DNA of 64,000 bases from an uncultured Pirellulales bacterium (GCA_964445985.1 CAYUMU010000009.1:27954-91953), one strand, 5' to 3'; counted from the stretch's first letter, positions 1-10,507 are shown. Notes: generated from the sequence alone by a model not told the origin. A program made the numbers and translations.

Positions 1-1234
1 CCTTCCCGCGAAGGCAGAATCCCGCAAAGGGGCTATTACAGCTTTTCGAGCGGAATTGGCTCGGGTCAACGGTCCACTCGGCGTGGGGATCGATGATGAC
101 CACATCGGCGTCGGCCCCTTCGCGTAGCGTTCCCTTGCTGGCCAGGCCGAGAATCCTGGCGGGGTTGGAACTCAACTTGGAGATCGCCGCGGACCAGTCG
201 AGATAGCCCGGCAGGACCAGTTGCGAGATCACCAGGCTCAAGGTGGTTTCCAGACCGACGACACCAAATGGCGCCTGGTCCAGCTCCTGCATTTTCTTTT
301 CTTGGGCGTGGGGCTGATGTTGGCTGCAAATGACATCAATCGTGCCATCCGTCAGCCCTTGAATGCACGCCGGCACATCATACCGCGAGCGCAGCGGTGG
401 GTTGGTTTTGTAGTTCGAATCGAAGGTTCGCAGCGATTCGTCATTCAACGTGAACAAGTGAGGGCTGATCGCCGAGGTTACCCGCACGCCTCGGGCTTTG
501 GCCCGTCGCAATATCTCCACGCTGCCCACGGTGGAGACCTGCAGGATATGCAGCCGCCCTCCCGTGGCTTCGGCCAACGAGACATCTCGGCTGACCATGA
601 CTTCCTCTGCCGCGGCGGGCATACCAGCCAACCCGAGCACCATGCTCTCCAGCCCATCGTGCATCACGCCGCCCGAGGTCAACTCTTTCACCTCGGCATG
701 GCTGAGGATGGGCTTATCGAACATCAGGCAATATTGAAACGCTCGCCGCATCAACTCGGCATTGGCGATGGGAGCGTCGCCGTCGCTGAAGGCGACCGCG
801 CCGGCCTGCACTAATTGGCCAATCTCCGCCAGTTCGTGTCCTGCCCTGTTCTTGCTCACGCAGGCCACTACCACCACATTGCAGTTGTCGGCCCGCTCGG
901 CCTGGTGCTGGACAAACTCCACCGTGCCCTGCGAATCGATGGGCGGATCGGTATTGGGCATGCAAGCGACGGTCGTAAACCCACCGGCCAGAGCAGCCGC
1001 GGTGGCCGACTTGATGGTTTCATCTTCTTCGAAACCTGGCTCCCGCATTTCGGCACACATGTCGATCAAACCGGGCGCGACGATTCGGCCGGTGGCATCG
1101 ATTCGCTCGCAGCGATCATCGCCTGTCACGCCCAGCCCCTTGATTTTCCCATCTTCCAACAGCACGCTCCGCACGGCATCGATACCCTGGCTGGGGTCGA
1201 TCACCCGGCCGTTTTCAATGAGCAACCGCGACAT
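1..1234 (-). CDS. pyrC: Dihydroorotase-like amidohydrolase (PyrC or non-catalytic PyrC' type); 3' end cut by the window edge
   Basis: Absent from the ORF track because no stop lies in the window. My translation of the minus strand from ATG 1234..1232 stays open to position 1: MSRLLIENGRVIDPSQGIDAVRSVLLEDGKIKGLG..APGLIDMCAEMREPGFEEDETIKSATAAALAGGFTTVACMPNTDPP..LHILQVSTVGSVEILRRAKARGVRVTSAISPHLF..VICSQHQPHAQEKK..GADADVVIIDP. This is colinear with class I dihydroorotases. Confidence 0.85.
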   Translation of the reverse strand, partial: MSRLLIENGRVIDPSQGIDAVRSVLLEDGKIKGLGVTGDDRCERIDATGRIVAPGLIDMCAEMREPGFEEDETIKSATAAALAGGFTTVACMPNTDPPIDSQGTVEFVQHQAERADNCNVVVVACVSKNRAGHELAEIGQLVQAGAVAFSDGDAPIANAELMRRAFQYCLMFDKPILSHAEVKELTSGGVMHDGLESMVLGLAGMPAAAEEVMVSRDVSLAEATGGRLHILQVSTVGSVEILRRAKARGVRVTSAISPHLFTLNDESLRTFDSNYKTNPPLRSRYDVPACIQGLTDGTIDVICSQHQPHAQEKKMQELDQAPFGVVGLETTLSLVISQLVLPGYLDWSAAISKLSSNPARILGLASKGTLREGADADVVIIDPHAEWTVDPSQFRSKSCNSPFAGFCLRGK

Positions 1235-1420
1235 AAACACCTCGTGCCAGTTTTGCCGAGCGAGATTGGTGGTCGGTTTTCCAAGAAGACCGTTCGTACT
1301 ATCCACAATCCACGGCGGCCGTCTAGATCCTCAGTCGCCGTAAACCGGGTTGTTCTGCCGGACGTAGTTCATTGCGCGGCTGGCCCTCCGTCGAACTCGC
1401 CCACTTTGCGGGGGGGCGGC

Positions 1421-3154
1421 TCAGCGATCCAGTTCGCTATCGATAGGTGACGTGTCGACCGAGGGCAATCGGTAAATTGTAAACGTGCGATTGGTCGCCA
1501 CGACCGCAAAGGGCAGTCGTGGCTGATTTCGCGTGATCAGGTAACCGGCTCCGTACCGCTCCCCAAAGGCCACAAGGTCGGCGGCAGGCCACTGCGAAAG
1601 CCAATCCACCGAGCGAAGTCGCAAGCCTGCTGGGGCGGCGAGATCCGCGGTCATGCCCCCGGTGGCGGCGACTCCGAATCGTACTTCAGAGAAAAAGAAG
1701 AGAGCCTGAATACGCTGCCACCATTCCAAAATGGCCGCGGCGTCTTGGGGAATGTCTTTCCAGTTGGCGACTTCGGCCCGACCGCTGTGCCAACGAAAGG
1801 TTTGAGACCAGCGGGGCGTGAGGAACACGCTCCCCACCGGCGTTTTCTCGTTCGCTTCCCGGCAAATGGCAATCCAATCGCGGTGGCTCGCGGCCTGGTC
1901 GCCGGCCAACCGGCTGATCAAATGCCGATCCGCCTTGGGCAGCCAGTCGCTTTGGCGTTCGACCATGATCCGCGTCAACATGCCGCCGCACAGCAGCGTG
2001 GCCAAGAGCGCCGAACCTTGCGACCACCGCGGAAACACTTGCCAATGGGCCGCAATCAGGTACACCACCCCTAGCGCCAACCCCAAGGCCACAAAAGAAT
2101 CCGACAGCCTGAACCAGTAATAACGCATGCTCTTGGCCACCCAAATTTCGGAAAGCGGCAAAGCGCAACCCAGCACCCATCCCACGGCGGCAATCACCAA
2201 CGAACTGAACACGGCCACTGCCAGTCGCCGCCGCCCGGCGGCTCTCTCTGGCGTATCCCAGTCCGGCTCGCCGCTCGAACCGGCCGACGACGTCATAGCC
2301 CGCTTTGCCCGCGTCGAAACAACGATCAGCCCAAAAACCAGGCAACTGGCCGCCAGCATGGCAAAGAAGCTCAGAAGCCGCAGGGCGGTGAACTGCCGCG
2401 GATCGAGATGATGTCCTAGTCGCCGCACCACGTAAATCTGTGTCGCCCGCGCAACAACCGCCGGATCGCTGCCGGCGGTCAACTGCAAGGCCGGCCACAA
2501 GCCCGGCAGGCTCAGCAAGACTCCTCCGATCAAACCGGGCAGCATGCTAGACAGTCGTGGGCGTTCTCCGGAGCGGTCGGCCAGCCAGGCCACTCCCAGG
2601 CAAACGCCCGTCCAGCCCCCCACCAATACGTGAAAGGCCGATGCGGCTCCCACCGCCAGCCAGGCGGCATTCCACCGAGCGCGAACCAGGCAAGCGAGAC
2701 TCAGCAGCACAAAAACGTAAGCAAACCCTTTGGCCTCGGCGCCTCCCACCACCCATTCGCCCGCCAAATGCCCATACTCCAGCAAACCAACAAACAGGGC
2801 CGCGCTTAGCACCGCAAACAACCGCTGGGGCACGATCGCCCAACTCAATCGTTGCCAACTAGCCGCCAGCAACAGCCAGGTGAGCAGCCGCGCGCACCAG
2901 GCGAAAGCCTCCAGGCTCATCAGCCGCGTCAGCCAACCGACCGACCAGTAGAACGCCAGATGGGCGTCGGCCGAATCGAGAAATAGATCGTCGCCGCACC
3001 ACTCGGGAGCCCAATAATGCTTGGCTTTGACAAGGTAGTGCGACTCGTTGACATCCGGAACCGATCCGCCAGCGTAGAGAAAAAACACGCACGCAATCAG
3101 CAAGATTTCGGCGATGGCCGGGAGCAGAGGGGCACGGAATATTGCAGTCGACAT
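1421..3154 (-). CDS. Polytopic integral membrane protein, function unknown (possibly GT-C-like glycosyltransferase fold)
   Basis: 577-aa ORF with many hydrophobic helices and a soluble C-terminal domain. The plus-strand ORFs over it are short and Arg/Pro-rich. Confidence 0.7.
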   Translation of the reverse strand: MSTAIFRAPLLPAIAEILLIACVFFLYAGGSVPDVNESHYLVKAKHYWAPEWCGDDLFLDSADAHLAFYWSVGWLTRLMSLEAFAWCARLLTWLLLAASWQRLSWAIVPQRLFAVLSAALFVGLLEYGHLAGEWVVGGAEAKGFAYVFVLLSLACLVRARWNAAWLAVGAASAFHVLVGGWTGVCLGVAWLADRSGERPRLSSMLPGLIGGVLLSLPGLWPALQLTAGSDPAVVARATQIYVVRRLGHHLDPRQFTALRLLSFFAMLAASCLVFGLIVVSTRAKRAMTSSAGSSGEPDWDTPERAAGRRRLAVAVFSSLVIAAVGWVLGCALPLSEIWVAKSMRYYWFRLSDSFVALGLALGVVYLIAAHWQVFPRWSQGSALLATLLCGGMLTRIMVERQSDWLPKADRHLISRLAGDQAASHRDWIAICREANEKTPVGSVFLTPRWSQTFRWHSGRAEVANWKDIPQDAAAILEWWQRIQALFFFSEVRFGVAATGGMTADLAAPAGLRLRSVDWLSQWPAADLVAFGERYGAGYLITRNQPRLPFAVVATNRTFTIYRLPSVDTSPIDSELDR

Positions 3155-3759
3155 AAGGCAACTCTGGGGGCCGGCGCCGCCTGCGATTCAGGTTTCGGCC
3201 CCGTACGGGTTCCGCCCCCGATCGTACCAATTGAGCAGCGATGAACAAGCGGCTGGCGATGGGTTTTGGTTGGCTCGTTTTTCCACCCGCGTGGCAAGCG
3301 AACCCCTACGAAAGGGGCCTTGCCGCCCCTGGCCCGTTGCGGATTTCAAAATCCAGCCGAGCACACGAGCGGACGAGCAGATCCCCAACAGCCTCCCCCC
3401 TTGGCGGAAAGGGTGGGGAGTGTGGGAGAATGAGAGACGGCGTCCTCGGTTATCTGGACTTGGCTCGGGCATTTGCCTGCTCATCTGTCCAACATCATGA
3501 CTGCCCAGCGACCATCTCCGGCGCAGAGCCAGCGTCGAACACACGTCAGCCGCCCGGCTTAATCGTTCATCAAGTGCCGTAATTTACGGTCTCATCGCGA
3601 TTTTCAGCCCACTTCTCTGGGCCGGTGGCATGGCGATTGCTTTTCTGCAGATGCAAACAAGCGACTCTCGATCCGGTCGGAAGCGAGCCCCTTTCACGTT
3701 GCAGTCAAGTTCGCCGGAAAGGGTGATTGTGTCGAGATCGATCAAACAGGAGAACAGCT

Positions 3760-3960
3760 ATGAATTGGGATCAAGTCAAAGGCAATTGGAAGCAATTCAA
3801 AGGTCAAGTTCGCCAAAAGTGGGGCAAGTTGACCGATGACGACGTGAGCCAAATCGAAGGCAAACGCGAAGAATTGATTGGCCGAATTCAAGAGCGCTAC
3901 GGATATGAGAAGGACAAGGCCGAAGAGGAAGTGGATACATTCTGCCGCGCGTGCCACTAG
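3760..3960 (+). CDS. csbD: CsbD-family stress response protein
   Basis: MNWDQVKGNWKQFKGQVRQKWGKLTDDDVSQIEGKREELIGRIQERYGYEKDKAEEEV is a textbook CsbD sequence. The internal ATG at 3760 is preceded by AGGAG (3748-3752). The track ORF starts at 3727. Confidence 0.9.
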   Translation: MNWDQVKGNWKQFKGQVRQKWGKLTDDDVSQIEGKREELIGRIQERYGYEKDKAEEEVDTFCRACH

Positions 3961-4223
3961 CACGCGGTGCTGCCGCCCTGGAATTCTGGGTAGCGGCAGG
4001 CATAGAAACACGCCGCGAACACGAAGATCAGGTGCGTCAGGCTGCCGAGGCTGCTGCAATTCCTGCGAAGGCGAGGTTTTCGCATCTTCTCTCGCTGGAG
4101 GATAGTAGCGACGCGGCAGCGAGCGACGTGTTATTGCCAGGGCAGTCCCCCGCGCCAGCGATAGCCTGCGATTGATGGGCTGCCGCTAGTTGCGTAATTT
4201 TGCCGCTCCTTTCCCAAACTGTG

Positions 4224-4271
4224 GCGGCGTATCGTTCTCTTCGAAGAGCGGCGTATCGCTCTCTTCGGAGA
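4224..4271. repeat. Two tandem 24-nt units (22/24 identical) containing the 12-nt palindrome CTCTTCGAAGAG
   Basis: gcggcgtatcgttctcttcgaaga / gcggcgtatcgctctcttcggaga, in the intergenic region upstream of the 4437 gene. Confidence 0.6.
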
Positions 4272-4436
4272 ATCGGGTGGTTTCTTCGCCCTGCCTGTTG
4301 AGAAGCCGCTCGAGGCGGTGCGCCGCCGCATCTTTTTGACCGCCGCCCTGCCACCCGCCTCTTGCGGCGGCCACCGTTCCGGGAGAACATGAAGGGCGAG
4401 CAGACCCCCCTTTGTGTTTTTTTGGGATACTTATCG

Positions 4437-5396
4437 ATGGCGCAGCGCTTCGCTTTATTGTGTCACCTTCAGCGTTTTTTAGGCCGTGCCTTGGCCCCCC
4501 GGCGGTATCCCCTTGCCGTGGTGTTGCTGCTGTGGGGACTGGGGATGGCCTCTCCGGCGGTGGCCGTCGACTCCTTCGATCGCCACACTTCCTACTGGCT
4601 ATCGCATGCGGCCGAGAACAGTGAGCCGTTGGAGTCCGTGACCTCGGGTTCCGCGGCACAGTGGAAGTTTTTGGGCCGCGATGTGAGCGAGCCCTGCATT
4701 GTGGTGAAAACGGCCAGCGGCAATTGGGCCAAGGCCTTGGTGTCTTGGGGATTTCGCAAGACCGACGGCAAGCCCTTGCCGGTCCTCCTCTTGGATCGTT
4801 ACGTCACCTACGATCGCGATCGCAAGAATATCACGGTGGCGCATGGAACCAACCTGATGCTGTTTCCCGGCTTTGAGTTCGATTTTGATATCGGTCAGGT
4901 TGTCCCCTCCGGGGTCGGCGGAGACGTGGCGTTCAACGACAAGCGTCAGTTGGTTCCACTTGCTGGCGCCCAGTTGTTTGGCATGGATGGGCCTTCGCTG
5001 CCGCCTGGAGAAGACGAAGCTTACGATCCTCAGGCCCAGGAAGGCGTGCAGGTACGCGACTACGCCGGCGAGTGGCGGGTGACCGCCGATGGTCGTTGGT
5101 TCGGCACCTGGAATCTTTCCGCCGACGACGAAGGCAACATTGCCGGCCAGTATCTCAGCAACGATACCAAGAGCACGTTTCCGGTGCGCGGCAAGATCGC
5201 GCTGGGCGAACCCAACCGGATCCAGCTCGAAGTCGAATTTGCCGCTGCTTCGCAACTCTACGATCTCTACCTGTTCACTGCCGACAAATCCACGCTCTGC
5301 GGAACCACGACCCTGATCGATCGTAAATTTGGCGTGTTTGCCGAACGGGTCGCCAAAGACAAGCCCGCCGCCGAGCCAGGCAAACAGTCCCCATAG
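4437..5396 (+). CDS. Secreted hypothetical protein
   Basis: Track ORF 4362..5396. Internal ATG 4437 gives MAQRF..RRYPLAVVLLLWGLGMASPAVAV, which looks like a signal peptide. It sits directly upstream of the ABC-2 permease. Confidence 0.6.
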   Translation: MAQRFALLCHLQRFLGRALAPRRYPLAVVLLLWGLGMASPAVAVDSFDRHTSYWLSHAAENSEPLESVTSGSAAQWKFLGRDVSEPCIVVKTASGNWAKALVSWGFRKTDGKPLPVLLLDRYVTYDRDRKNITVAHGTNLMLFPGFEFDFDIGQVVPSGVGGDVAFNDKRQLVPLAGAQLFGMDGPSLPPGEDEAYDPQAQEGVQVRDYAGEWRVTADGRWFGTWNLSADDEGNIAGQYLSNDTKSTFPVRGKIALGEPNRIQLEVEFAAASQLYDLYLFTADKSTLCGTTTLIDRKFGVFAERVAKDKPAAEPGKQSP

Positions 5397-5459
5397 CGAG
5401 GATTGGTTCTGCCCCGGTTGGGTGACACGGTCGCTCCTATCTTGGTGATTCTGTCTGCC

Positions 5460-7088
5460 ATGTACTTGCTTGAAAACCCAGTTCTGCAGCGCGAATTGTT
5501 AGTCAACTTGCGGATGAAGAAAGCCTTCATCCTGCAGCTGGTTTATGTTGCCCTGCTCGGCACGATGGTCTATTTCGCCTGGCCTGGCGATGAAAAAATC
5601 GATATGGCCAATAGCGAAAAATCCATCCGCCTGGTGAATATGTTTTTCCTAGGGCAATATATCTTGGTGGGTCTGATGACCCCCACCTTTGCCGCTGGGG
5701 CGATCACCGGCGAGAAGGAGCGCAAAACCTATGAGATGCTGCTGGCCAGCCCCCTGCCGCCCGTGGCGATTGTGCTCGGCAAAATGCTGGCCTCGCTTGC
5801 CCTGCTGGCGCTGCTCATGTTTTCATCGCTCCCCATTGTGATGCTCTGTTTGCCGCTGGGGGGCACTTCGGTGTACGAAGTGCTGGCCGTCTACCTGGCT
5901 CTGTTGCTCGCCACGGGCACCTTTGGCCTGGTGAGCTTGTATTGCAGCCTCCGCTTTCAGCGAACCTCGGCGGCGCTCGTGGTTTCGTATTTGGCGATTC
6001 TGCCCGTGGCCCTGCTAGGGCTGCTGTTCTGGTATACCCTGAGCCACGGCGAAATGGCCCGTTTCCGCCTGGTGGTTACCGTGGGTCTGTTGCCGCCGGT
6101 CTGTTTCGCCATCTGGTTCGGCCTGGTCATGCTAATCAGCAATCGCCTGCTCTACCCACCCGACGTGGGCAGTGAAGGCAAAGAAGTTGTCGATGAAGAG
6201 CACGAACAGCGGCATGCAGTCGGTCTCGTCATCCGTCGCGATCAGTTTCCCGATCGGCTGTTTGCCCCACCCAAACGCGCAGGCCTCATGCCGGACGGCG
6301 CGAACCCTGTTTACGACAAAGAAATGCGCAGCGAAGTTTTCAGCCAAGGAACGCTGATGCTGCGAGTCGTGATTCAGGTCAGCATGTTTTTGGCCATGCC
6401 ATTGATGGCCTGGTGCCTGTATATCAAGCCGCAGTATGCGCCGTGGTACATCGGCTACGTGATTCTCTTTAATATGCTCGTGGGGCCGGTCTTTTCGGCC
6501 GGCAGCGTCACCAGCGAGCGCGAACGCCAAACGCTCGACCTGCTGTTGACCACGCTCATCAAACCGCGGCAAATCCTGTTCGGCAAACTACTGTCAGGGC
6601 TGCGCGTGTCCAGCGTACTTACGAGTTTCTTGCTGTGGCCGCTGCTCCTGGCCTGCCTGATGGTCACCGATTACTGGCATAATCTGGCCACCATGCTTGG
6701 CTATGTGGCGATCGTCTTCGTCACCTGCCTGTTCACGGCTACCGTGGCCCTGTTTTGCTCGGTGCTGTCGCGGAAAACATCCGTCAGTCTCACGGCCGCC
6801 TATTTGATCGTGGTTGTGATGTTCTTGGCTCCGATCGCCGCCAAAAACTTCGTCAACACATTCTTTTCCAACTCGGTCAATGTGGAAACCGTCGACAACG
6901 CCATGTTTCTCAGCCCGGTCGCCACTGCATTCGAACTACCGCTGGATCTCGATCGCGAAGGCGTCGAAGCCATCCCGGGCCGGCCCTGGGTATTCTTCAA
7001 CTTTTTGGCCCTCTACGGCGGCACGATCATGGCGATGATGTTCTCCATGATTTGGCTGTTTGGCAAGCGCTGGCGTGTGGCCTACTAA
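5460..7088 (+). CDS. ABC-2 type transporter permease (duplicated 6-TM module)
   Basis: MYLLENPVLQRELLVNLRMKKAF start and ITGEKERKTYEMLLASP / VTSERERQTLDLLLTT motifs in two repeated halves, typical of ABC-2 (NosY-like) permeases. No ATPase gene lies adjacent. Confidence 0.75.
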   Translation: MYLLENPVLQRELLVNLRMKKAFILQLVYVALLGTMVYFAWPGDEKIDMANSEKSIRLVNMFFLGQYILVGLMTPTFAAGAITGEKERKTYEMLLASPLPPVAIVLGKMLASLALLALLMFSSLPIVMLCLPLGGTSVYEVLAVYLALLLATGTFGLVSLYCSLRFQRTSAALVVSYLAILPVALLGLLFWYTLSHGEMARFRLVVTVGLLPPVCFAIWFGLVMLISNRLLYPPDVGSEGKEVVDEEHEQRHAVGLVIRRDQFPDRLFAPPKRAGLMPDGANPVYDKEMRSEVFSQGTLMLRVVIQVSMFLAMPLMAWCLYIKPQYAPWYIGYVILFNMLVGPVFSAGSVTSERERQTLDLLLTTLIKPRQILFGKLLSGLRVSSVLTSFLLWPLLLACLMVTDYWHNLATMLGYVAIVFVTCLFTATVALFCSVLSRKTSVSLTAAYLIVVVMFLAPIAAKNFVNTFFSNSVNVETVDNAMFLSPVATAFELPLDLDREGVEAIPGRPWVFFNFLALYGGTIMAMMFSMIWLFGKRWRVAY

Positions 7089-7335
7089 CCCGTTTCGCCG
7101 CCGCTCGCCGTCACTGTTCCCCGACGAGTCGTGAGGCGAAGTCCGATCATTTCGATTGGTCCAGAAACTTCGCTCCTGCCCGCGATCCACTTCCCGGCTT
7201 CCACAAAAAAAGCACTCTGCCGGCGAAGCAACTTCCTGTGCTGGAATTGCTTGCCGGCCCGAGTGCAACCAGATGCCGTTCGTATGAGATCCTGTTATTT
7301 CGGTCCCGGTTCAGTCATCCGCTAGCCGGGAAATT

Positions 7336-8067
7336 CTATTTCTGGCCTGGCACGCGAAGGGTGAGCGTGCTGTAGTGCAGTTGTTGAGCGTAAGCGTCGT
7401 CGCCCAGTTTGCCTGCCCCGGCTTCTTCCATTCTGGCTCGGATCGCGTACACGCCGGCCGCCGTGGCCGGAAGAAAGAAGAACCCATCCTTCGCGACGGC
7501 TTCCAGTTCCTCGCCTTGAGGGCCCGCGGCGACCAACTGCACGTTCTCGGTCACCGGTTTGCCCTGCCAATACACGCGAACTTGCACGCCATCGGCAACT
7601 TTGGCCGCCGTTACCGAAAGCTTCAATCGATCGCCTGGCTGTTTGGCCGATTGCCCCAATTCCTCATAGCGGGCGTAGTATTGCAGCAAGAAAGATTTTT
7701 CGCCGCGCGTGAACACCCCGTATTGGCAGGCCGCTTCCAGCCCAGCGGGGGATTGCTTGGTATTGGCAACCCATGCGCCTTCATCCCCTTGCACGTCTTT
7801 GGCAAGTTTGACGGGCGAAGCCTTTCCGCTGGCATCGATCGACCACAATTGAGCTTGAGAAACCTTATCCAACAGATAAGCTTCCGCCGGCTGCGGTCCT
7901 TCTCCAAACGAGAGTTGCAAACGCGTTTCGCCCTCCGCTTTGGCCGGCTCGGCCACGACCCAAATGAAATGAGCGTGGGCGACCGTCGACGGCAGCAGCC
8001 AGGCCGCCATGCTCCCCAACACCGCCAATCGAAATTTCGCGGACCAGGTACGTTGATTGATAAACAT
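7336..8067 (-). CDS. Secreted DUF4198-like protein (NikM-type periplasmic metal-uptake component fold)
   Basis: Signal peptide followed by AHAHFIWVVAEP. This fits the H-x-x-W start of mature DUF4198 proteins. Beta-rich sequence. Confidence 0.55.
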   Translation of the reverse strand: MFINQRTWSAKFRLAVLGSMAAWLLPSTVAHAHFIWVVAEPAKAEGETRLQLSFGEGPQPAEAYLLDKVSQAQLWSIDASGKASPVKLAKDVQGDEGAWVANTKQSPAGLEAACQYGVFTRGEKSFLLQYYARYEELGQSAKQPGDRLKLSVTAAKVADGVQVRVYWQGKPVTENVQLVAAGPQGEELEAVAKDGFFFLPATAAGVYAIRARMEEAGAGKLGDDAYAQQLHYSTLTLRVPGQK

Positions 8068-8752
8068 TGCTGAATTCTCCCGCTAATAAATAAGAGACGC
8101 AAAACTTGAGTAAATCTGATTCAAGGCCGCGGAACAGGCCGGCAGTTCACCCGTCGCCGTTGCCATCAGCGCCGCCCACCCTGCATCGAAGTCGCTCCCT
8201 GGATTGGTTGTAAAACGCGCGAGGGGACGCGTCGTTTCATGGTTGCCAGCTGCTTACCTACGGCCGGAAATGTCAGCCAGCCGCCACCTCGCGACGATGC
8301 GTTTGTTCGCCGACCACAGCGCAAGGCATCGGCCGTCTGCCAATCTCCGCGGAATACGTTGATCAGCCAGCCTGCGCCAAACACCAATCCAAACGCCATC
8401 GCATGCACCATGAGCAAGTACAGCATGTTTCGCACCTTCTTTCGACGAACACGCGCGTTCTCTTCGCCGTGCACTCTTGTTCATCAGACGCCGGTAGTTT
8501 TTGGCGTCGTCAACAGAATACAAAACCAGGTACGCGTCGGTTGGAGCGAGCGCAGCCGCGCTTGGCGGGGGGATAGAAGGGTGCGCATGCCTACACTCAC
8601 TCCAACGCGACACATGAGTAAGCGGCTGCCTGAGAAGGTGGCTTTGAATGGATCTTGTTCGGAGGTTGCTCGCGTCTTCCCCGAGGTGAAGAGAAGACGC
8701 GAACGATACCGCCGAGCCTGCTTCAAGTGAGAAATGGGGTGACGACCGGCCA

Positions 8753-9811
8753 CTATTTAGCGGGCACGAGTTCCAAGTTGGTGTATTTGCCCACTCGCAT
8801 GTTGGCGCCGCCCACCATCAGCAATTGGTTCTGATAGGGCAGCATGCGATGGAAAAAGCGGGCGTCGGCCAACTTGTCGGCTACTTCCCACTTGCTGCCG
8901 TCTTTGCTCAGGCGTTGCAGCCGGCCATGAATGGTGCTGGCGTAGAGCCGGCCATCGACCTCAAAGGCCGAGCAGCCAAAACCCTCCATGGGCTCGCCCT
9001 GAAGTTCCGGCCCCTTGGTCCATTTCTTGCTGGCCGGATCGTAGATATCCACCTGCGTGCTGGGACCTCCCTTCTCTTGCATGCCGCCAATCGCATATAG
9101 TTTGCCGTCGTGAGCCGCCAGGGCCAGGGCGCGGCGCCGGAAGCCGGGCTTGGGCAATGCTTGCCATTGCGGGTTGTCGCTGGTCAGATCCATCGAGTAG
9201 GCCGTGTCGTGCCACTTCGATTCGTCTTTGCCGGCCAGAGCCCAACCGCCCGCCACGTACAAGGTATCGCCAATCACGGCCGCATCATGAGAAGAACGCG
9301 CCTCGGGCAGGGCCGGAAGTTCCTTCCAGGTTTTGGTGCTGGGATCGTAGCTGGACGCCGTCGATTGCGAAACCAGCACGTGGTCTTCGCCTTCTTTGTT
9401 CTGCGCGGCGAATCCGCCCACGCGGTACAACTTGTTGCCGTGCGCTACCAAGGCCAAACCTTGCAGGTGGGGGCCGGTCGCGATCTCGCTCCACTCACCC
9501 TGCTTATCGAGCTTGAGCCGCAGCAACGAATTCGATTGCTCTTCCACCGAGTAGCTGTGCGCGCTCCCCTTATGCCCACCGAACACATACAACTCGTCGC
9601 CAATGATCGCCGCGCCAAAACTGGTAATCCCAAAGGGCAGCTCGGCAAACTGCGACTTGGCTGACTTGGCTGACTGTTGCGACACGGCTTCCGCTTTCTT
9701 TGCCCCCGCGGGCTCGGCGGCCTGACAAGGCATGGCGGCCATCAAGGCCAAAGTGCAAGCAGCTGGCAAACCGCCAAGCCGCGCTCCCTTTGTCAAAAGT
9801 TGTCGATTCAT
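8753..9811 (-). CDS. Secreted Kelch-repeat beta-propeller protein (NanM/galactose-oxidase-like)
   Basis: Signal peptide, then repeated units GDELYVFGG, GNKLYRVGG, GDTLYVAGG, DGKLYAIGG, DGRLYAS, NQLLMVGG. Confidence 0.85.
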   Translation of the reverse strand: MNRQLLTKGARLGGLPAACTLALMAAMPCQAAEPAGAKKAEAVSQQSAKSAKSQFAELPFGITSFGAAIIGDELYVFGGHKGSAHSYSVEEQSNSLLRLKLDKQGEWSEIATGPHLQGLALVAHGNKLYRVGGFAAQNKEGEDHVLVSQSTASSYDPSTKTWKELPALPEARSSHDAAVIGDTLYVAGGWALAGKDESKWHDTAYSMDLTSDNPQWQALPKPGFRRRALALAAHDGKLYAIGGMQEKGGPSTQVDIYDPASKKWTKGPELQGEPMEGFGCSAFEVDGRLYASTIHGRLQRLSKDGSKWEVADKLADARFFHRMLPYQNQLLMVGGANMRVGKYTNLELVPAK

Positions 9812-10027
9812 CGTAGTATCTCCTCTGGTTGCCCTGCGATAAGGAACGCCAAATTTTGTGACGATTCGTTCCTGACCAAAAGGCTGGGGGGTGTTGGCGG
9901 ACTCAAATATGCTTACGAACTAAAAACGAAAAGAAGTATGGTTGTGGTGGAACGCTTGGTCCAACCCGCGGATATCGGGCAACTGCCCCCCAAGAGGGGA
10001 AATTTCAGCCTGATCCAGCTAACATCC

Positions 10028-10507
10028 CTATTTGCCAGACGATGTGACGTTGAACTCAAACGACTTTTTCAGTGACGTATCGGCTTCCAACTTACTGTTG
10101 ACGTTAAAGCTGGCGTGCACCCGCTGGGGTTGAATCATGTCGGCGGAGACCGGCTTTGGTCCTTGCTCCGTATCCAACTCACTCGGATCGGGAAATTTCT
10201 GTTCGCTCAGGATCTCCACCCGATGAAGACCCACCACCGGCCCATTTTGCGTGTCGAATTGAAAGCGCCCATTCACGATTTTCGTGGCCACGTCCGCGCC
10301 TTTGAACTCTCCCTTGGGCGATAACCGGATCGATCCTCGCTCCAGCGGTTGGCCATCCAGGTTGACGGTTCCCTCCATCGGCACCCGGTCCAGCCCGTCA
10401 CCGCCGCATCCCACGACGACTGGCAGGAAAAGGAATCCCAGCACCGCGAATCGCTGTACGGCAATCCAAAGCGGCCCCATTGGTTGAACGAGTGGATTAA
10501 CTTTCAT
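10028..10507 (-). CDS. Lipoprotein with carboxypeptidase-regulatory-like beta-sandwich, usual partner of DUF1559 proteins
   Basis: Lipobox VVVGCGG, then EGTVNLDGQPLERGSIRLSP..GRFQF. Lies downstream of the DUF1559 gene on the same strand. Confidence 0.7.
   Translation of the reverse strand: MKVNPLVQPMGPLWIAVQRFAVLGFLFLPVVVGCGGDGLDRVPMEGTVNLDGQPLERGSIRLSPKGEFKGADVATKIVNGRFQFDTQNGPVVGLHRVEILSEQKFPDPSELDTEQGPKPVSADMIQPQRVHASFNVNSKLEADTSLKKSFEFNVTSSGK

Noticed and set aside
8166-8474. 102-aa minus-strand ORF in the 685-nt gap between the Kelch and DUF4198 genes, possibly a small membrane protein (MLYLLMVHAMAFGLVFGAGWLINVF..).
   Set aside because: Only one hydrophobic segment is present, followed by an Arg/Gly-rich tail. 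Codon bias is mixed and other ORFs overlap it in three frames. The evidence is insufficient to call it.
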